Source: a virus. From it: a stretch of 64,000 nt of DNA. Made by a program: the position numbers and the translations under genes. Shown one piece after another: positions 58,670 through 64,000 of this stretch. Under the pieces are notes generated by a model, which did no database searches, was not told the DNA's origin, and was given only the letters and a program-made list of their open reading frames with translations. The stretch lies in the IMG/VR virus record IMGVR_UViG_3300015370_000013, positions 31,717 to 95,716 of that record; one strand, 5' to 3'. Position 1 is the stretch's first letter. Each line of letters begins with the position of its first letter.

Positions 58670-59116
58670 ATGACACCCCTCAACCTCGCATATCAACTCG
58701 GCGCAATCAGTGCGACGGAAGATTTCCGTAAGCACGCTGAACCTGCACTAGGCGACCCCAACTTCTGGCAAGGCGGGCAAGAAGCCATGCAAGCGCCGCC
58801 GCAACCGCAGAACGCGGAAGAAGCTATCGCCTTGCTTCCTGCAGGGACGTTCCAGGGCCTACAAAGCAAGCTCACACCTGATGGACAGAAGACTACAACC
58901 GTCAAGGTGTCCCCAGAAGCGTTGACGCAGCCTGAGGGCCTCGCCAGTATTTTTCAAACAGGGGAACAAGCCAAGGTAGAGATCGAAGTGCCCCAAGCCC
59001 CTGCAGGCGGGGGAGCGCCGATGGGTGGAGCACCGCCGATGGGTGGAGCACCGCCGATGGGAGGAGGCGCACCGATGGGAGCTGAGGGAGGTGCCCCTCA
59101 AGGCCCTTTAGCTTGA
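58670..59116 (+). CDS. Tagged protein with GGAPPM repeats
   Basis: MTPLNLAYQLGAISATEDFRKHA; AGGAG RBS. Confidence 0.7.
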   Translation: MTPLNLAYQLGAISATEDFRKHAEPALGDPNFWQGGQEAMQAPPQPQNAEEAIALLPAGTFQGLQSKLTPDGQKTTTVKVSPEALTQPEGLASIFQTGEQAKVEIEVPQAPAGGGAPMGGAPPMGGAPPMGGGAPMGAEGGAPQGPLA

Positions 59117-59136
59117 AAGAGGCCGGTGCAGGTAGC

Positions 59137-59388
59137 ATGCTTGTAAACCGCGCCGTCCAAGTAGCAAACAAAGAACCCGACGTAAAAACAACGGGAGAGA
59201 ATACCACACGCCTGTTCAACCTCCTCAAGAGTTGGCTTAAACGAGATGAACCAGCGCCGCTGCAACCCGAACCAGCGCCTGCGCCAAAGACAGAACCCCC
59301 GGTTATTATTGAAACTCCTCCACTCCCCACAGAAGCTGTGGTTAAAGAAGAGGTGCCGCTTATTATCCCTCGGTTATTCCCCCAATAA
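59137..59388 (+). CDS. Hypothetical Pro/Glu-rich protein
   Basis: ORF fills the gap. Confidence 0.45.
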   Translation: MLVNRAVQVANKEPDVKTTGENTTRLFNLLKSWLKRDEPAPLQPEPAPAPKTEPPVIIETPPLPTEAVVKEEVPLIIPRLFPQ

Positions 59389-59471
59389 CTGCTTGACATT
59401 GTGCCCCGCGTATGTTTATCTAACTAACATACTAAAAATGCCAAATAACGGCATTAAAGGTTTGCGCATAC

Positions 59472-59750
59472 ATGCCCCTCATATCTTTCGATTATGAGTG
59501 TGAAAAGTGCCGCACCATTGAAGAACATCTCGTACAACAAAACAGCGGTGTGATTACTGAAACAATATACTGTCCCACTTGCGCTTCCGAACTAATCCGT
59601 CTTCATCCCGCCCCCGCAGTTTTCAATACAATAATCCCCACATACCCGGGTAGCCGCGCACGTAAAGCCGGGTATCAACACCTCTACGGTAATCGCCCCG
59701 CCACCAAGACACAGGTCGGTGTAGGGGGCGGTGTCTCTAAAGGAGACTAA
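59472..59750 (+). CDS. FmdB-like zinc-ribbon protein
   Basis: MP..DYECEKC...E...CPTC. Confidence 0.7.
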   Translation: MPLISFDYECEKCRTIEEHLVQQNSGVITETIYCPTCASELIRLHPAPAVFNTIIPTYPGSRARKAGYQHLYGNRPATKTQVGVGGGVSKGD

Positions 59751-60500
59751 ATGGATATCACACTCCCCGACCCTAACGACCCTGGACTCCCTAAAGTCGT
59801 GCCTGGACACCTGTTATGGGTGGAAGGGATTGTGGGTGCGGGCAAAACAACCTTTTGCCGTAATATTGGTCCTCTCCTCAATCTACGTGTAATAGAAGAA
59901 CCTGTCGCTACAAACCCCTACCTCAAACGGTTCTATCAAGACCCAAAGAAATACGCCTTTCCCATGCAAATATGTTTGTTAGCGCTGCGTGCAAAGATGC
60001 AACAGCTCGCCATGTGGGAAGCATCAGGTGTGGGGAGATACAACGGGGCCATGCTGGATCGTTCCCTTTCAGGAGACCGTGTCTTTGCTAAACAGCACGC
60101 TCGAAACGGCAACATTTCACGGCTGGACTGGTGGACCTACGAACAGGCATACGACGCCTTCTGTCGCCCCATCGCCCCACCGGTTCGTTTAATCTACCTA
60201 ATCGTAGATCCGGAATGTGCTTTGGAACGAATACAGCGCCGCAAAGTTGAAGACCCGGAAAACCGTGCGTGTGAATCGGCCATTACGTTAGACTACCTAA
60301 AGTCCTTACGTGATGGTTACGACGAACTCATGGAAGAAGCAGAACACGGACTCTTACCCTGGGGAAACGCTGTCAAGATCAACCGTATGCACTGGGACCC
60401 TATGGGTGGTGAACCTCGGTGGGACCTCATCGCCAGGAGTTTACAAGTGGAATGCCAACTACATGCCAAACAAAAACAAGTAACAACGCTTCTCATATAG
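59751..60500 (+). CDS. Deoxynucleoside kinase
   Basis: EGIVGAGKTT, EPV, FYQDP, DRS..D..FA, RIQRR. Confidence 0.88.
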   Translation: MDITLPDPNDPGLPKVVPGHLLWVEGIVGAGKTTFCRNIGPLLNLRVIEEPVATNPYLKRFYQDPKKYAFPMQICLLALRAKMQQLAMWEASGVGRYNGAMLDRSLSGDRVFAKQHARNGNISRLDWWTYEQAYDAFCRPIAPPVRLIYLIVDPECALERIQRRKVEDPENRACESAITLDYLKSLRDGYDELMEEAEHGLLPWGNAVKINRMHWDPMGGEPRWDLIARSLQVECQLHAKQKQVTTLLI

Positions 60501-60642
60501 ACAGCGACTGTTTTCAGAAGTGGTATACCAAACGCCCCCGGAAACCACAGGATCGTTATCTCTGTAGAACATGTGAGTATTGGCACTACTGCACACAGAA
60601 CCCTGGACCAACGTTAACGTACTACATACTGGATAATATACG

Positions 60643-60867
60643 ATGAAAGGACGCGAATACTCTGAGGGACAGCCCCTAGGAGATTTTCTTCAAAAGTACC
60701 CCGGAGGAGTCCTCCTTTTACGCGGTAAATTCGCAGGGCAGTATCTCCACAGTGTCCCTCGCGGATACGTTCGTAAATACATACTTGTAAACTGGATAGA
60801 CGATATGACACCCCGTGAGCTGGAGCTCTTTACGCTCCACGGACAAAAAGAGGAACCAGATGGATAA
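60643..60867 (+). CDS. Hypothetical protein (DUF3820-like)
   Basis: GKFAGQYLHSVPRGY motif. Confidence 0.55.
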   Translation: MKGREYSEGQPLGDFLQKYPGGVLLLRGKFAGQYLHSVPRGYVRKYILVNWIDDMTPRELELFTLHGQKEEPDG

Positions 60868-61414
60868 AGTAACGAAGGCATTTAACAATGTGGCAAAGAA
60901 TAGTGGGTCGATGAGTGTAGCACTCACCGAGAAACCGGCGAAGCGGCGCGTACCCAGTATACGTCAAGCCGCAGATGATCTCGAATTACTCCTGGATTAT
61001 CTCCTCGCCGATCCACAGCAACTTCAACACCAGGCGGAGTTTGTTTTAAGTGCCCGCGCCCTGGAGTATGTGGTGGAGCGTCTGGACGACATCGACGGCG
61101 TACACACTACACTCACAGATACCCCGTATCAGGGAACTTCCGAAACAGACGAACACCTCTATTTGGATATCGACCACACCAAACGTTTCACAGTGGTTGA
61201 GTCTGGGGACTTTGAACTACCCAACCACACAGAACCATTACTAATAGTTAAACGCTTAGGGGACCAACTTCTCGGCGTTATACACGACACGCTATCCTCA
61301 TACGAGAGCTGTCACGTATACCTCGTACCCCACCTCTGTTGCACAACATTAACCAAGGTAGCTAACACCGTAACCGCAGAGATCAGCGTACCCATGTACG
61401 TTGAAACACGATGA
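60860..61414 (+). CDS. Hypothetical protein
   Basis: GAGGA RBS before the ATG at 60860. Confidence 0.6.
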   Translation: MDKVTKAFNNVAKNSGSMSVALTEKPAKRRVPSIRQAADDLELLLDYLLADPQQLQHQAEFVLSARALEYVVERLDDIDGVHTTLTDTPYQGTSETDEHLYLDIDHTKRFTVVESGDFELPNHTEPLLIVKRLGDQLLGVIHDTLSSYESCHVYLVPHLCCTTLTKVANTVTAEISVPMYVETR

Positions 61415-61854
61415 CTTGGCAATGGTGGTACTGGGTTACACTCGGCGTGACCGCGCTACTCAGTTTCTTCCCTCTACTACCCAATTTAGCGAACCTGTCT
61501 CATGAGGCAGCGCACTGGTTCTTCGCACGTATCGTAAACAACGTCAAAGGACGCATCAAACCATATTGGCACTACAGCTTTGACGAGAAGCTGTGGAAGT
61601 CCCCGCGATACTGGGCCGAGATGCCGCTCCCCACCACTAAACACACAGTTTACCTTATCGCACCCATCATCTTTGATAGCTTGTGGCTTATCGTCTTGGG
61701 TGTGCTGTGTTGGTACATAGACAACACAGTCGCACGCATCCACCTGGCTATACCGATGATGGGTTTCCTCTTCGACTTCGGTTGGTTCTGGAGAGGATAC
61801 TTCTGGGGAACGAAGAACTGTGATGGGAAACGTTGGCGTTATGGTGTGACCTAA
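61411..61854 (+). CDS. Membrane zincin (M50-like) peptidase
   Basis: TM helices; HEAAH...IAP...DG. Confidence 0.55.
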   Translation: MTWQWWYWVTLGVTALLSFFPLLPNLANLSHEAAHWFFARIVNNVKGRIKPYWHYSFDEKLWKSPRYWAEMPLPTTKHTVYLIAPIIFDSLWLIVLGVLCWYIDNTVARIHLAIPMMGFLFDFGWFWRGYFWGTKNCDGKRWRYGVT

Positions 61855-61890
61855 AAAAAAGGCACACCCCCGATTAGGAAGTGTGCCTTT
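61853..61890 (-). terminator. Intrinsic terminator after rpsL (possibly bidirectional)
   Basis: aaaggcacac/gtgtgccttt stem with 8 T on the minus strand. Confidence 0.7.
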
Positions 61891-61892
61891 GT

Positions 61893-62291
61893 TTAACTCT
61901 TGGGCCTCTTCACCCCGTACTTCGACCGCCCCTGATTTCTCCCGGGTTTACCCCCACCCGGGGATACGGGGGACGCATCTGCATTCTTCGCCCCACGAAT
62001 TACGTGGTAACGCACACCGGGGAGGTCCTTGACGCGACCACCCCGAAGCAGGACCACCGAGTGCTCCTGCAAGTTGTGGTCCTCACCCGGGATGTAGGTG
62101 GTGACCTCCATCCCGTTGCTGAGCCTCACTCTGGCCACCTTACGCAGCGCCGAGTTCGGCTTTTTGGGTTTTACGGTGTAGACGCGGAGACAAACACCTC
62201 GTATTTGTGGCGCTCCTTGCATCGCCTTTGTTTTGGATTTCTTTCGAATACGCTTACGGCCCTTTCGGACCAACTGGGTGATTGTTGGCAT
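61893..62291 (-). CDS. rpsL: 30S ribosomal protein S12 (phage-encoded, orphan)
   Basis: [35 protein letters not shown]; AGGAG RBS. Confidence 0.97.
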   Translation of the reverse strand: MPTITQLVRKGRKRIRKKSKTKAMQGAPQIRGVCLRVYTVKPKKPNSALRKVARVRLSNGMEVTTYIPGEDHNLQEHSVVLLRGGRVKDLPGVRYHVIRGAKNADASPVSPGGGKPGRNQGRSKYGVKRPKS

Positions 62292-62336
62292 ACTGCTATT
62301 CTCCTACAACGGTGGAAAAAAAGATACTCCGCGAAC

Positions 62337-62439
62337 TTCCCGTTAGTAGGCCCCAGCGGAGAAACAGCCTTGTTGCAAAAGGAGTGATGCGCGACATGAA
62401 CAAACACGCATCAACGCGCCTGAGAGGCCCACACGGGAA
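62337..62439 (-). ncRNA. Putative structured RNA in the rpsL leader
   Basis: Nested stems ttcccgt/acgggaa, gtgggcc/ggcctac and tgatgcgtg/cgcgcatca; G-U pairs form only on the minus strand. Confidence 0.5.
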
Positions 62440-62492
62440 CACATTTAGACATCAGACGCAAATAGCCACATGTGCAATGTGGCAACTAAGTT

Positions 62493-62845
62493 TGGACACG
62501 CCGGATTTCGATATCCGGGTCCACAACTGCTCAGCTAATGACTCTACAAGCTTGTCCGCTGATTTATTACCCACCAAAGCGCCCAGCGACAGGCTCCGTG
62601 GTTTCTTTTGCTACCCGCACTTCCAGGACCAACGGTAGCGTGAATCCTTGTCCTGTTCATCGTCGTTCTTATGACCCGTCACAGGCGGGAGAAGCCACAG
62701 AACGGGACTGCGGTTTAGGCAGCCATCGCCAGCTGAATGTTATCGTTGGCATTTGAGGTTGGCATCGTTTTTTAACCCGGAACCACGCCGTCCGGAGCTT
62801 GCATCACTTCGCATCGTACAGCCATGTCGAAGCCAATTCGTGCCC
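62493..62845 (-). ncRNA. ssrA: tmRNA, tag ANDNIQLAMAA* (62750-62715)
   Basis: Acceptor stem GGGCACG/CGTGTCC-A with G3-U70; GGCTTCGAC near the 5' end; T-arm; 353 nt; CCA not encoded. Confidence 0.92.
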
Positions 62846-62903
62846 GAAAAAAAAAAGAAACAGTAACGCTAACTAAGTGTGAACCATAACTACATCGTAC
62901 CTT

Positions 62904-62938
62904 ACACTCACTTATACCACGCTTCCTACAGTTTTTTG
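62904..62938 (-). promoter_or_regulatory. Bipartite promoter motif (copy 3), upstream of tmRNA-rpsL
   Basis: CAAAAAA-N12-TGGTATAAGTGAGTGT. Confidence 0.7.
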
Positions 62939-62961
62939 AAAATAGTTGATACACTAGTAGT

Positions 62962-63516
62962 ATGCGCAGCTACAAAACAGCCCTCCGACAATTTCACGCA
63001 CAACACCCTAGCCCCATGGACCAGCTCGTCAAAGACCTGGAGGAGTTACGAGCACACGCTCGAAATCATGTGCAAGGTTGTTACCCATTAGCACCAACTA
63101 CACCCTCCAGCGGTGTTGCGTGGTACCTAAACTTGACACACGGTATTAGTGTTGTAGGGAGTGTCGCGCAGGAATTCATCGCACAAACAGACCACGTATT
63201 GTTTGCTGGAAGTGCACTTGCCGTCGGCCAAAGCTGCGTCGCTGCACTCGTTATTAAAAACACAGGAAGTGTTGTGTCTCAGACCCACGTATTCGGAGTC
63301 GTCGCGGCCACAGGTGCGGAAGTTGCGCCAAGTGCAGCCACCATCACCGCAGCGCTTGCTGTAGGTGATATTTGGATCCGTACAGGGGAGACTACGCTGA
63401 ACCGCTCAGGCGGGGGCTATACGCAGACCTACGACGGGACCAAACGGCCTATCTTGGGCGTGACGCTCAGTCCCAACTTTGGGGACTACAGTTGGCTTCC
63501 TAATATATTGGGTTGA
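62962..63516 (+). CDS. Putative structural protein
   Basis: Ala/Val/Thr-rich; ATG 6 nt after TACACT. Confidence 0.6.
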   Translation: MRSYKTALRQFHAQHPSPMDQLVKDLEELRAHARNHVQGCYPLAPTTPSSGVAWYLNLTHGISVVGSVAQEFIAQTDHVLFAGSALAVGQSCVAALVIKNTGSVVSQTHVFGVVAATGAEVAPSAATITAALAVGDIWIRTGETTLNRSGGGYTQTYDGTKRPILGVTLSPNFGDYSWLPNILG

Positions 63517-63518
63517 AT

Positions 63519-63752
63519 TTACGCCGTAAAGTCTGTCGCGTCCTCACACTCCAAACACCGTAGTTTCCTGGGTGCTGGGTAAGGTCCCTGGTCCTCATCA
63601 CCATCGAGATCGCAGTATCTCACGGCGTAGGTCCCTGAGTGCCCGCATTCAAGAACACACCGCCATGAGACGATATCCTCGTGCGGGTGTCGCTCGTCGT
63701 GGGCGACGGGTTTAGGTGTGCGGCGTGCGGTCTTGACGATGCGTTCGATCAT
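63519..63752 (-). CDS. Small zinc-ribbon protein
   Basis: LECGH...CLEC. Confidence 0.55.
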   Translation of the reverse strand: MIERIVKTARRTPKPVAHDERHPHEDIVSWRCVLECGHSGTYAVRYCDLDGDEDQGPYPAPRKLRCLECEDATDFTA

Positions 63753-63783
63753 TTTTTTTTTTTTTAGCTCTTGGTTACGCCTT

Positions 63784-64000
63784 TCACCGTGTCACCAGGA
63801 CCAGGCGGATGATGAGGGTGGCGATCACGGCGACGGCGCCGGCCACGGCTGCGAGGGTGATCCACCGGACAGACCAACCTGTCTGCACCGTGGCCACGGC
63901 ACTTATCTTCGCGGCGTTGACGGCGATGCCTGCGGCGTTCTCCGTGGTCTTCTCTTTCACCCGGACGTGCCGCTCGTCGCAGCGCCGCTCCTCCACGACG
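63784..64000 (-). CDS. Small membrane protein, probably 5'-truncated by the window edge
   Basis: C..RH coil followed by one C-terminal TM helix. Confidence 0.45.
   Translation of the reverse strand, partial: VVEERRCDERHVRVKEKTTENAAGIAVNAAKISAVATVQTGWSVRWITLAAVAGAVAVIATLIIRLVLVTR

Larger units (their letters stand above)
3228..63530. repeat. Dispersed 13-bp palindrome TTTAC-N3-GTAAA, 11 exact copies (3228, 11967, 14639, 16736, 21434, 27823, 31359, 34730, 42963, 60717, 63518)
   Basis: Read directly; the central base is always G or C; about 0.06 copies expected by chance at uniform base composition. Confidence 0.8.

Noticed and set aside
45485-59116. RiPP (graspetide or bacteriocin) cluster: leader peptides plus ATP-grasp
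   Set aside because: No graspetide core repeats or transporter/peptidase; the ATP-grasp itself carries the tag; tags also occur on head-module proteins.
61893-62845. Bacterial chromosome origin (rpsL, ssrA, rpoBC-like genes)
   Set aside because: No rpsG/fusA/tuf or rplL context; RNAP is rearranged; neighbours are capsid and tail genes; the same phage promoter motif precedes the tmRNA.
63752-63765. Long homopolymer runs (also near 42980 and 62847) as phase-variation sites
   Set aside because: Essentially intergenic or part of terminators; no disrupted ORF is evident.
1-64000. Stop-codon reassignment
   Set aside because: Genes are full length and tightly coupled under the standard code, and all three stop codons are used.

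Overview
A 64-kb segment of a large (jumbo-type) myophage genome, not a bacterial chromosome. It encodes a bacterial-like multisubunit RNA polymerase in an unusual split (beta fused to beta'-N, 8221-14553, with two inteins; beta'-C separate, 17735-19501). It also encodes a probable portal, prohead protease, major capsid protein, neck, tail sheath, tube and spike, plus an endolysin, SNF2 helicase, PD-(D/E)XK nuclease, deoxynucleoside kinase, an orphan ribosomal protein S12 and a tmRNA. Five things are not explained by these gene calls. (1) About 15 plus-strand genes carry a shared short tag, [YF]xxGxxxAxxx[LF] followed by G or a K-x-A site, joined to unrelated cargo (glycine zippers, LigD phosphoesterase, ART-like, ATP-grasp, pyrophosphatase, zincins). 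This suggests a modular capsid-loading, protease-release effector system, and a recombination scar is visible among these genes. (2) Three covarying TnpB omegaRNA-like RNAs occur with no intact tnpB, one behind its own promoter. (3) A 13-bp palindrome, TTTAC-N3-GTAAA, occurs 11 times. (4) A bipartite promoter motif precedes three minus-strand units. (5) tmRNA, a structured leader and rpsL form one unit. All calls are from manual motif reading; no database searches were run.
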